DNA of 64,000 bases. Origin: Dehalococcoidia bacterium. GTDB lineage: Bacteria; Chloroflexota; Dehalococcoidia; Dehalococcoidales; BS750m-G39. The stretch is from NCBI GenBank assembly GCA_030608005.1, contig JAUWIX010000001.1, positions 14,375 through 78,374 on the forward strand, read 5' to 3'. Within the stretch, counting starts at the first letter, position 1, and each line of letters opens with the position of its first letter. Below, one piece after another: positions 20,061 through 27,787 of the stretch. The notes under the pieces were generated by a model. It saw only the letters and a program-made list of their open reading frames with translations. It had not been told where the DNA came from and did not search any database. The translations under genes were made by a program, and so were the position numbers.

Positions 20061-20837
20061 TCAATTTACCTGAACAGTAGATAATAGAGCCTGATAGATA
20101 TTCCTAACTTCATTGATAATCTGCGGGCTAGAGCCAAAGAGAGGAAGATTGGCGAGGTCAGCTTCAACTATTGCCTGGTCATATGGGATAAAGCCGAGGA
20201 ATTCAAAACCTGGCAGGCTAGAAGTTAGAAATTCCCTCTCAGACTGACTCCGAATTTTGTTTCCTACCATTGCGATATTATGTAAACCAATCTCTTGTGC
20301 CAGTTTATCGATTCTATAGGCTGTTTCAACACTTCGTCTGCTCGGTTCCACTACTACAATCAATTTATCTACTGCCCTGGCTGTTGCTCGTCCCAGATGC
20401 TCTATCCCAGCCTCCATATCCAAAATAACTACTTCATCCCTTCCCAGGAGTAGATGGGTGATTAGGGCTCGTAACAAGGCGTTTTCCGGACAATAGCAAC
20501 CAGTGCCACCCTTTTTAATTCGCCCCATTACCATTAATTTGATTCTATTGCATTCCAGACAATACTTTTCTGGCAAATCATCAACCTTAGGATTTAGCTT
20601 AAAAAAGCTCCCCACCTGACCGGGTAGCGCCCCTGTCCGTTCCTCAATAAGAGCGCTCATCTCAGATATAGGGGTTATCTCATCAGAATGGGGGAAGCCA
20701 AGGGTGGCAGCCAGATTAGAATCAGGGTCAGCATCTATGGCTAAAACAGAGTAGCCAGCCTCAGCAAATGTCCTGGAAAGGAGAGAGGCTAATATGGTCT
20801 TCCCTACCCCACCTTTACCGCTAATAGCAATCTTCAT
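20061..20837 (-). CDS. cooC: second CooC/AcsF-type accessory ATPase, first gene of the operon
   Basis: ISGKGGVGKT Walker A and the GCYCPEN motif. It is a paralog of the gene at 17517-18284. Confidence 0.85.
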   Translation of the reverse strand: MKIAISGKGGVGKTILASLLSRTFAEAGYSVLAIDADPDSNLAATLGFPHSDEITPISEMSALIEERTGALPGQVGSFFKLNPKVDDLPEKYCLECNRIKLMVMGRIKKGGTGCYCPENALLRALITHLLLGRDEVVILDMEAGIEHLGRATARAVDKLIVVVEPSRRSVETAYRIDKLAQEIGLHNIAMVGNKIRSQSEREFLTSSLPGFEFLGFIPYDQAIVEADLANLPLFGSSPQIINEVRNIYQALLSTVQVN

Positions 20838-20880
20838 CTAAATCCTATTTTTGGGTATAATTAAAGCTAAGACTTCAGGG

Positions 20881-20907
20881 TAGTATATACTAATGTAGTA
20901 TATCCTA
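20881..20907. promoter_or_regulatory. pair of 12-bp palindromes (candidate operator) upstream of the WL operon
   Basis: TAGTATATACTA (20881-20892) is a perfect palindrome. TAGTATATCCTA (20896-20907) has one mismatch. Centre-to-centre spacing is 15 bp. The pair lies 44-70 bp upstream of the cooC start at 20837. Confidence 0.45.
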
Positions 20908-20990
20908 TAAGGAGTGAGAAGCCAAGCAATCGTGGAGTGGATATCAAGGCAGCTTTTAGAGCCTAAAGTAGCGTTAGATGTTGCCCTAGG

Positions 20991-21290
20991 TTACTTCTCT
21001 TCGGTAGCCATTACCTGGTAGATGCTGACTTTGGGCTTCTCCACCAAAAGCGGCTCAACTTGTTTATATAGCTTAATTCGCTGCTCTGATTTTTCCCACG
21101 CCTTCCAGTTCCCCAGACTTCGCCATGTGCTTAGCACCGAGATAATAGACGGGGCTTCAGTGCTAGCCAGAGTCTCGCCGGTTACATAGCCCGGCTGGTG
21201 CATAGCCACAGTTCTGAGTTCCCTGAGCAGCGGCATGAGGTCTCCCTTCATACCTTCCTTTAGGTGACGCTCTATTACAATTCTTACCAT
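20991..21290 (-). CDS. antibiotic-biosynthesis-monooxygenase (ABM) domain protein
   Basis: 99 aa with a ferredoxin-like ABM pattern (G.....L...........S.W.S...W..W..S..R). Confidence 0.6.
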   Translation of the reverse strand: MVRIVIERHLKEGMKGDLMPLLRELRTVAMHQPGYVTGETLASTEAPSIISVLSTWRSLGNWKAWEKSEQRIKLYKQVEPLLVEKPKVSIYQVMATEEK

Positions 21291-21348
21291 TGCTGCCTCC
21301 TTTCATATTCCTGCTCTATAAACTTGTCTTTTCATCATGTCAAGTTTT

Positions 21349-22593
21349 TTATCCCTGTCCAGCCTTCTGCTCCTGTATAAGCTTCTCCCCATACTCAAGC
21401 AGAATTTTGGCTCGCTCTGGAGATACCTTCTTTGATTCCAGGTAGGCTTTTAGGGCATCAAGGGGGGCTATCTCTTCAGCGGTCCATTGCCCCAGCCTGA
21501 GGCGTGCCTCTCGCTTTATATCCTTGGCGATAGTGAAGTAATGAGCCTCTTTCACGGTATTCCTGATATCATTATCTCTGAGCTGACCTTCAATCTCAGC
21601 CGGCAGGCTAATGTTTAGTCGCACTATGGCATCCCTGACTTTGTCTTCCTGTTCAGCAATAGCCCTGAGCACTGTTGATGTTGGTTCAGCATCCTGTGGC
21701 TCAATATTGATATTAACGGTGAGAAAGCGGCGCCCGGTTACCTGGTGGAAGTCAAAGGAGACCCGCCTTTTGCCTGTTTCCTTATCGGACTCAATTTCTA
21801 CCAGATAAAAACCCTTGTCATCTTTCTCCTCGCTGAAATCCAGCCGCTCCAGGCTGCCGGGATAAACAACTGGGGGATTGTTGCTCAAAACCTGGTGTTT
21901 ATGAATATGACCTAGGGCAATGTAATCAAAGGCGGGGTGGGCAACATTGCTCAGCAACAACGCATGCTCCTGTCCTATGGTCATTGACCTCTCTGAGCCT
22001 ACCTTGGCGCCGGAGACCCAGACATGGGCAGCTAGTATGGCTGGCAGTCCAAGGTCAAGTTGTTGAGCTTTGGCAGCGATGATATCAGTTAATGCCTGCT
22101 GCAATCTCTGATTTATCTGGTCAAAGGTAAGGTTTTTAGTCTCTTCTCTGGTTAGCAGAGCACTGCGCCTGAGCCAGGGTAAGGAGACTATTTGAATAGT
22201 CCCGCTACTAGTCGAAATGCGGTGGACTTGGGGACGATTGGAGACATAGATATTTTTAACCGCTAGGGTATCAAAGATTTCAGTAGAAGTAGCCCTGCCG
22301 ATAGCATTAGGCAGGTCATGGTTGCCGATAAGAAGGAAGGTAGGGATGCTACTGATGGAAAGGCGATTAATCCTTTTGGCAAATTCCCGTTGTTGAGTCT
22401 GGCTTGGCTCGCGGCTCTTATAGGCATCACCGCAGAAGAGGACGAGATCTACCCTGTTCTCCACGGCATAATCTACCACCTGGTCAAGGGCTTTTAGAAA
22501 ATCAAGTAGCCGTGATGATAAGCCGGTAGCTGGGTCAAAGCGACCGTAGCTTTCAACGCCAAGGTGAAGGTCAGCAAAGTGGAGAATTTTCAT
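21349..22593 (-). CDS. sbcD: Mre11/SbcD-family nuclease
   Basis: Calcineurin-like phosphoesterase motifs: HFADLHLG, GDAY, GNHD, and GH.H (ALGHIHKH). Confidence 0.88.
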   Translation of the reverse strand: MKILHFADLHLGVESYGRFDPATGLSSRLLDFLKALDQVVDYAVENRVDLVLFCGDAYKSREPSQTQQREFAKRINRLSISSIPTFLLIGNHDLPNAIGRATSTEIFDTLAVKNIYVSNRPQVHRISTSSGTIQIVSLPWLRRSALLTREETKNLTFDQINQRLQQALTDIIAAKAQQLDLGLPAILAAHVWVSGAKVGSERSMTIGQEHALLLSNVAHPAFDYIALGHIHKHQVLSNNPPVVYPGSLERLDFSEEKDDKGFYLVEIESDKETGKRRVSFDFHQVTGRRFLTVNINIEPQDAEPTSTVLRAIAEQEDKVRDAIVRLNISLPAEIEGQLRDNDIRNTVKEAHYFTIAKDIKREARLRLGQWTAEEIAPLDALKAYLESKKVSPERAKILLEYGEKLIQEQKAGQG

Positions 22594-22595
22594 TA

Positions 22596-22686
22596 GGTAA
22601 CCCCATCCCCCTTTATCCCCCTTCCCCTTGATAAGGGGAAGGGGGATGGATATTAAAAAGAGGGGCTACACCCCCCTTAAACTCCC
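22596..22686 (-). repeat. composite intergenic repeat, reverse orientation; its tail abuts the sbcD start
   Basis: ggtaaccccatccccctttat is followed by cccccttcccc-ttgataa-ggggaaggggg. Next comes hairpin A (agagggg-ctaca-cccccct) and then taaactccc. Confidence 0.85.
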
Positions 22687-22694
22687 ACTGTCAG

Positions 22695-22994
22695 CTAGTA
22701 GATTATGGAAATAACGTCTTCAAGTCGTGAGGGGGGCGAAAAAACAGAGACAGGGTCGCTACAATTGTAGAACTCAACTAAATCATAATAATTCCATATA
22801 TGCTTCTTTTCAGATTCTGCTACCCAAGTCAAAGCTCCTTCGATGATTATCTTGTTATCATTCACTGAATACTTACGGCACCAGCAAGCAAACTTCACTG
22901 GCTCGCCTATAGTTAGATAACAGGTCAAACCATCTACAATTTCCTTTGGAATTCTTGGCTTCTCATTTGACTTGACCTCCCAATATCTTTCCAT
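22695..22994 (-). CDS. hypothetical protein (AT-rich, no recognisable family)
   Basis: 99-aa ORF downstream of the 79-aa ORF on the same strand. Its composition is clearly lower in GC than sbcD or glyQS. Confidence 0.45.
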   Translation of the reverse strand: MERYWEVKSNEKPRIPKEIVDGLTCYLTIGEPVKFACWCRKYSVNDNKIIIEGALTWVAESEKKHIWNYYDLVEFYNCSDPVSVFSPPSRLEDVISIIY

Positions 22995-23060
22995 GGTACC
23001 TCCTTCCTTGCTTTTTAAGTAGACTTTTTGGCTAGACGAGACTTCGCCCCCTAGAACTTC

Positions 23061-23300
23061 CTATATTCGCCGGAACCTTACCCTCCCCTTTTCCATATCT
23101 ACCATAACTACTCGAAAGCCAGCATTAAGTATAGCGTTAATTGCGACAACGCCTGGCCTATTTTCCCAATATATGAAGTGTTTATGTGCACTAGGAGGCA
23201 GATTATCACGAATGATCTCCTCAATCCGAGCAAAGGTAAGCTCTACACTGTCCTCAGGTCGTCCCCTTAACCAATCTTCCAAAGGTGTATATTTACCCAC
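23061..23300 (-). CDS. small hypothetical protein (Y.PL..WL.....V.LTF..IE.I....LP.SA.....W.N pattern)
   Basis: 79 aa. The pattern recalls a widespread small domain often seen next to accessory or defence genes. The start overlaps the glyQS stop by 8 nt. Confidence 0.5.
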   Translation of the reverse strand: MGKYTPLEDWLRGRPEDSVELTFARIEEIIRDNLPPSAHKHFIYWENRPGVVAINAILNAGFRVVMVDMEKGRVRFRRI

Positions 23301-24666
23301 TTTTCTCCTCCTTCCATATCTGGCCGCCGGGGGGCAAAACGAACAGGGGCTCTCCCTTTAGCTTGGCTTGCAATGTTTTCTTCAGCTCACTGATGGGGAC
23401 TCTTATCTGGTTCATTGAATCGCGCTCTCGGATGGTGGCTTGCTCATCTTCCAGCGATTGGAAGTCAACGGTAACACAGAAAGGAGTGCCAATCTCATCC
23501 TGGCGCCGGTAACGCCGCCCTATACTTTGGGCATCGTCATAGTTTACCATCCAGTGCTGGCGCAGGTCAGCGTATATCTCTTTAGCTGCAGAAACCAGCT
23601 TTTCTCGCTTACTCAGGGGCAATACCGCTACCTTGATGGGAGCCAAGTCAGGGTGGAAGTGGAGCAGCACCCTGGTTTCTTTACCAGCTTGTTCCTCATC
23701 ATAGGCATCGCAGAGAAGAGCCAGGGCAGTGCGGTCTACCCCAGCCGATGGCTCAATTATATAGGGGATAATATGCTGTTTAGTCTCTTCATCATAATAG
23801 GTCAGGCTCTTGCCACTAAAAGTTGCATGTTGAACCAGGTCAAAGTTACCCCGATTGGCAATACCCTCTAATTCAGCCCAGCCCATAGGGAATAGATAGT
23901 TGATGTCATAGCAGTCTCGGGCGTAGTGTGCCAGTTCATCCTTAGTGTGCTGGCGAAATTTGAGGTTTTCTCTTTTAATGCCCAGTTTCACATACCAGTT
24001 GATGCGCTCCTCAGTCCAGTAGTCAAACCACTCCTTATCAGTCTCTGGCTTAACGAAGAACTCGATTTCCATTTGCTCGAATTCCCGACATCGGAAGATG
24101 AAGTTGCCGGTGGTAACCTCATTGCGGAAGGCTTTGCCTATCTGAGCAATGCCAAAGGGCAGCCTCTTTCTGGTAGTATTAACCACATTTTCAAAGTTGA
24201 CAAACATCCCCTGGGCAGTCTCAGGGCGCAAATAAACCACACTAGCTTGTTCTTCAATAGGACCGATAAAGGTCTTAAACATCAAGTTAAACAGGTGAGG
24301 CTCAGTCAGTTCTCCACCGCAAGAAGGACAGCTATCGCCCTGTAAGTCCTCGCTGCGCCACCTCAAGTGGCAGCTCTTACACTCCACCAGGGGGTCAGTA
24401 AATCCCTTAAGATGCCCACTGGCTTCCCACGTCTGGGGATGCATTAGGATGCTGGCATCCAGACCTACCATGTCATCGCGCTCCTGAACTACAGCTCGCC
24501 ACCAAGCTTGTTTTATATTCCGCTTCAGCTCCACACCTAGAGGTCCGTAATCCCAGCAACTGGATAGCCCCCCATAGATTTCACTGCTGGGAAAAATAAA
24601 ACCCCGCCGACGGCAGAGGGAGACAATCTTTTCCATATTAACCTTTCTTGGTGCCGGTTCAGCCAC
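23293..24666 (-). CDS. glyQS: glycine-tRNA ligase (dimeric class II type)
   Basis: 457 aa. GlyRS motifs are present: RRGFIFPSSEIYGG, FRNE..., and GIGVDR-like SAGVDR. Confidence 0.92.
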   Translation of the reverse strand: MAEPAPRKVNMEKIVSLCRRRGFIFPSSEIYGGLSSCWDYGPLGVELKRNIKQAWWRAVVQERDDMVGLDASILMHPQTWEASGHLKGFTDPLVECKSCHLRWRSEDLQGDSCPSCGGELTEPHLFNLMFKTFIGPIEEQASVVYLRPETAQGMFVNFENVVNTTRKRLPFGIAQIGKAFRNEVTTGNFIFRCREFEQMEIEFFVKPETDKEWFDYWTEERINWYVKLGIKRENLKFRQHTKDELAHYARDCYDINYLFPMGWAELEGIANRGNFDLVQHATFSGKSLTYYDEETKQHIIPYIIEPSAGVDRTALALLCDAYDEEQAGKETRVLLHFHPDLAPIKVAVLPLSKREKLVSAAKEIYADLRQHWMVNYDDAQSIGRRYRRQDEIGTPFCVTVDFQSLEDEQATIRERDSMNQIRVPISELKKTLQAKLKGEPLFVLPPGGQIWKEEKSG

Positions 24667-25279
24667 GCTGTCCTCCTTTTATCTTCGAGAAAATAAAAAC
24701 CCAAAATACCCCTAGAGCAATGGTAACTAGCCCTAGGATAGCTAGCAGAAATATCCACACAGGCATAATGTGTGTTTGGTATGAATTGTAGCTGAAAATA
24801 TCAAGCATTGCAAAGCAGACTATGAGCTGCGGCAGAGCAACCAGATTGCCCATAAATGATACTATTCTTTCCGGTCTTACCCAGGTGCTCCCTGTTTGCC
24901 TGAATAGGATGCCAAGCTTGGTTATTCCCCAAGCAATAGCCCCTGCCAAAAGGACAAAGAAGAGTTGCGGCATGAGCACCCAGACCATGGTCATCTCCCG
25001 ACTGAGCCACCTATCAGGTGTGCCATCAAGCTCGAAGTGGGCAGCTACTTCGGTGGGAAGCAGGTGATAAAAGTAGGCTGACAGGATTATAGACAGGAGA
25101 AGAATGGCTAGCGGCACTATGATATAGCTCCAGCGGAAGGGCAATCCCTCTGCCCTTTTGGTGGTTGTTTTCTTACCCTGAGTTAGCCGCCTTCTATAAG
25201 CGATAAACCAGATGGTGCCAGCAAGACCCCCAGCGATAATAATTATGGCTAAGATAAGGATGGCTATTATAATTTTCAA
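24659..25279 (-). CDS. DUF1648-like integral membrane protein
   Basis: 206 aa with 5-6 TM segments. The motif HFELDGTPDRW after TM2 resembles DUF1648/SdpI-type proteins. Confidence 0.45.
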   Translation of the reverse strand: MKIIIAILILAIIIIAGGLAGTIWFIAYRRRLTQGKKTTTKRAEGLPFRWSYIIVPLAILLLSIILSAYFYHLLPTEVAAHFELDGTPDRWLSREMTMVWVLMPQLFFVLLAGAIAWGITKLGILFRQTGSTWVRPERIVSFMGNLVALPQLIVCFAMLDIFSYNSYQTHIMPVWIFLLAILGLVTIALGVFWVFIFSKIKGGQRG

Positions 25280-25299
25280 AAGGCAAGCTCAACTGTTAC

Positions 25300-25938
25300 C
25301 TATTTCTCTGTTGAGAAATCTGCCAGCTTATCTACCAACCCCTTTTGCCCTATAGCTAGGGTCAGGTCGCTCCGTGTCCTTTCCAGCACCCCACGAACCA
25401 TATCAGTAGTACGGCGCAGACCACCGGTTATCGCATCGGGGAAGTCCATGGTAACCAGAGTATTGTAGATGTCATCCATGGCTGATAATAGTTCCTCCCC
25501 TTGAGACAAGTTACCCTTCCTCATCCTATCCAATAGGTAGCGCCGAAGCTCACCTACCGCTTCACCTAGCCCGTTCAAGTAGGCAGCGGCATCAATACCC
25601 AATTCATCAGGGTCAGGGAGCTGATTTCCTGTTACCAAGGCGAGGGTGATACTGCCTTCAGCAAATTCCTTTTGTGCATCTCTGACAAAGCCGGCGTGGC
25701 CGAGCTCGCCATAGGCAGAGATACCCTGCTCAGCCTCGGTTAACAAGTTACGGGCTGATTTGAGCAATTCTGTAGCCCGGTCAAACTCCTGGCGATGGAC
25801 AGCACGGATAGCTTTTCCACAGTGACGAATCGCTTCACGACATAGGGGCAACACCCTCTCTCTAGCTGCATCTTTAGTTGAGAAGCTTTCACGAATGTGG
25901 TCAGCAATTGATTCCAAATTATCGGTCAATCCACTCAC
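25300..25938 (-). CDS. translin-family protein
   Basis: All-helical 212-aa protein. AAYLNGLGEAVGELRRYLLD and the C-terminal GLRRTTDMVRGVLERTRSDL align by eye with translin DYLSGVL..ELSRL and LRKRYDGLKYDVKKVEEV. Confidence 0.5.
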   Translation of the reverse strand: MSGLTDNLESIADHIRESFSTKDAARERVLPLCREAIRHCGKAIRAVHRQEFDRATELLKSARNLLTEAEQGISAYGELGHAGFVRDAQKEFAEGSITLALVTGNQLPDPDELGIDAAAYLNGLGEAVGELRRYLLDRMRKGNLSQGEELLSAMDDIYNTLVTMDFPDAITGGLRRTTDMVRGVLERTRSDLTLAIGQKGLVDKLADFSTEK

Positions 25939-27011
25939 TTGCCCACCTCAAATCTAGCTATTATCTGTCGGGCTGCTTCTTCTATATCATCTGCCTGGAG
26001 TATAGCACCAATCACGGCTACCGATTCAGCGCCAGCAGCCACAACCTCAGCCACATTGTCCTTATTAATGCCTCCAATAGCAACCAGGGGTAAGCTTACC
26101 ACCTGCCTGATTTGGCGTAGCCTCTCCAGACCGACCACCTTTGCCATTTCCTTGGATGATGTGGGATAGATTGAGCCGACGGCAATGTAATCAGCCCCAC
26201 CCGACTCGGCAGCGATAGCCTGGTCTACAGTGGTTACCGAGCAGCCCAGGATTTTGTCAATAGGTAGCAGTTTGCGGGCTACTTTAATGGGCAAATCTTT
26301 CTGACCCAGATGCAGCCCGTCAGCACCAGCAGCTAGGGCTAAATCAAGATAGTCATTCATTATGAAAAGCACAGCCTGCTCGGAGCATAGATTCTTTAGC
26401 TGCTGAGCTACCGGCAGCAGCTCCCCTTTGCTTCGGAGTTTATCACGTAATTGAATCGTCTTAGCACCTCCTCGGATTAGCTGGTTGGCTACCTCAAGGT
26501 GGCTGCGCCCGTTCAGGGCTTGGCTATCTATGATGGCATACAGCCCAGTTAAATGCTTTGTTTTATCCTGGCGCGCCAGTTTGGACAGCAGCTTTTGCTC
26601 TATGGTGTAGAGGGCAAACCGAGCTTGTTTGAATTTCTCCGGCTCTAATTTGGGGATAGTGCCTGGAATCTTGGACAGCTCCTCCAGAATTCTCAGCGAT
26701 TCCTGAACCCTTCTGGCATTAGCCACTACCATTATGGGCAGCTCCCTCTGTTTCTCCTCCCCAGGGGCTTCAATATCAATTCCTACATCGCCTTCCGAGT
26801 CTCGTGACTGAAGGAGCTGCTGGTTAAATGACCAGTCACCCCTTACTATCTCATGACGTATAGTTTTTAGCTGCTGACTTAGACCGGCATCGTTAAGCAT
26901 CAGCCGGGCTAGGTCTTCCAGAAGGTGAAGCCCCTCGCCAGCGCGGTTTAGATTGGCATCAATAATGCGCAGCCTCTGTCTTGACATTGCTTCCAGTGAA
27001 GCCATATCCAT
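25935..27011 (-). CDS. thiE: thiamine-phosphate synthase with an N-terminal extension of about 150 aa
   Basis: The C-terminal half has ThiE motifs: LYAIID, IQLRDK, GADGLHLGQKD, GADYIAVG.IYPT.SK, VAIGGI. Confidence 0.85.
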   Translation of the reverse strand: MDMASLEAMSRQRLRIIDANLNRAGEGLHLLEDLARLMLNDAGLSQQLKTIRHEIVRGDWSFNQQLLQSRDSEGDVGIDIEAPGEEKQRELPIMVVANARRVQESLRILEELSKIPGTIPKLEPEKFKQARFALYTIEQKLLSKLARQDKTKHLTGLYAIIDSQALNGRSHLEVANQLIRGGAKTIQLRDKLRSKGELLPVAQQLKNLCSEQAVLFIMNDYLDLALAAGADGLHLGQKDLPIKVARKLLPIDKILGCSVTTVDQAIAAESGGADYIAVGSIYPTSSKEMAKVVGLERLRQIRQVVSLPLVAIGGINKDNVAEVVAAGAESVAVIGAILQADDIEEAARQIIARFEVGK

Positions 27012-27130
27012 AGCTCCTAGGCAGCTAATTCTAGCACAGCCAGATTGGCAGAGTAAAGCTATTGTGCTTATTCAATACCTTAGTGACGCCTCAACTCTCT
27101 GCACTTCACCCCCCTTTAAGTTTTTGATTT

Positions 27131-27333
27131 AGGTAACCCTCCCCCTTTATCCCCCTCCATTAGATAAGGGAGGGGGAATTGGTTATGTTAGAGGGACTTC
27201 GTCCCCCTAAGACTCCCTATAATATATTTAGAGGCTTCGTCTCTCTTGGGCTCTCTATTCTCTGGGGTGTTTAAGAGGGGCGCTAGCCCCTCTTAAACAA
27301 AATCTTCCCCCTTCCCCTCCAGGGGAAGGGGGT
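27131..27333. repeat. cluster of repeat modules (2 hairpin-B and 3 hairpin-A modules)
   Basis: Reverse tail plus B occupies 27131-27176. The A modules are tagaggga-cttc-gtcccccta, a gaggcttcgtctctc module, and gtttaagagggg-cgctag-cccctcttaaac. A forward B (ccccttcccc-tcca-ggggaagggg) and a short tail follow. Confidence 0.85.
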
Positions 27334-27401
27334 CAATGCCAGAGAGAAACGAAATGATAATCTGTGTCACTAATCTATCTGAACTAGCTCACATGAAAGC
27401 C

Positions 27402-27767
27402 TCAGGCTTCACCTACCGCATTTTCAATCAGTTCAATTCGTGACGGCTTCCCTTTTTGGTTCAGCTCCACGGCTACCACATCAATGCGCCATAACGGGGG
27501 CAAATTATCGTGGGTTTGCTGATAGTGGAAGGCAACAGCCCTTAATCTTTCCCTTTTAGCTGGTGTGATTGACTCTTCCGGGCTGCCGAACTCACGGCTC
27601 CTTTTAGTCCTCACCTCAACAAAGACCAGGTAATCCTTATGCTTGGCTATTATGTCAATCTCCCCTTCAGGGCAGCGGTAGTTAGTTTCCCAGATACGGT
27701 AGCCCCGTTTCTTGAGGAAATCCCTAGCCAGCTTTTCACCCAGAATACCGGTTTCTCTGCGCTTCAT
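27402..27767 (-). CDS. yraN: YraN-family (UPF0102) PD-(D/E)xK nuclease-fold protein
   Basis: 121 aa with GE.LA..FL...GY.I...N......GEIDIIA......VFVEVR.R, the hallmark of UPF0102. Confidence 0.88.
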   Translation of the reverse strand: MKRRETGILGEKLARDFLKKRGYRIWETNYRCPEGEIDIIAKHKDYLVFVEVRTKRSREFGSPEESITPAKRERLRAVAFHYQQTHDNLPPLWRIDVVAVELNQKGKPSRIELIENAVGEA

Positions 27768-27787
27768 TTGTCTCTTATTAATAACCT

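Noticed and set aside
27012-27130. A possible TPP riboswitch in the ~120-nt leader of thiE. The minus strand reads GGGGGGUGAAGUGCAGAGAG...ACUCUGCCAAUCUGGCUGUGCUAG.
   Set aside because: The matches to the THI-box core are only partial: GCAGAGA against CUGAGA, and CCAAUCUGG...CUAG against ACCUGAUCUGGAUAAUGCCAGCG. The ACCC element is missing. The 5' part overlaps a repeat-family module. I cannot support the call by eye, and a cmscan with Rfam RF00059 would settle it.
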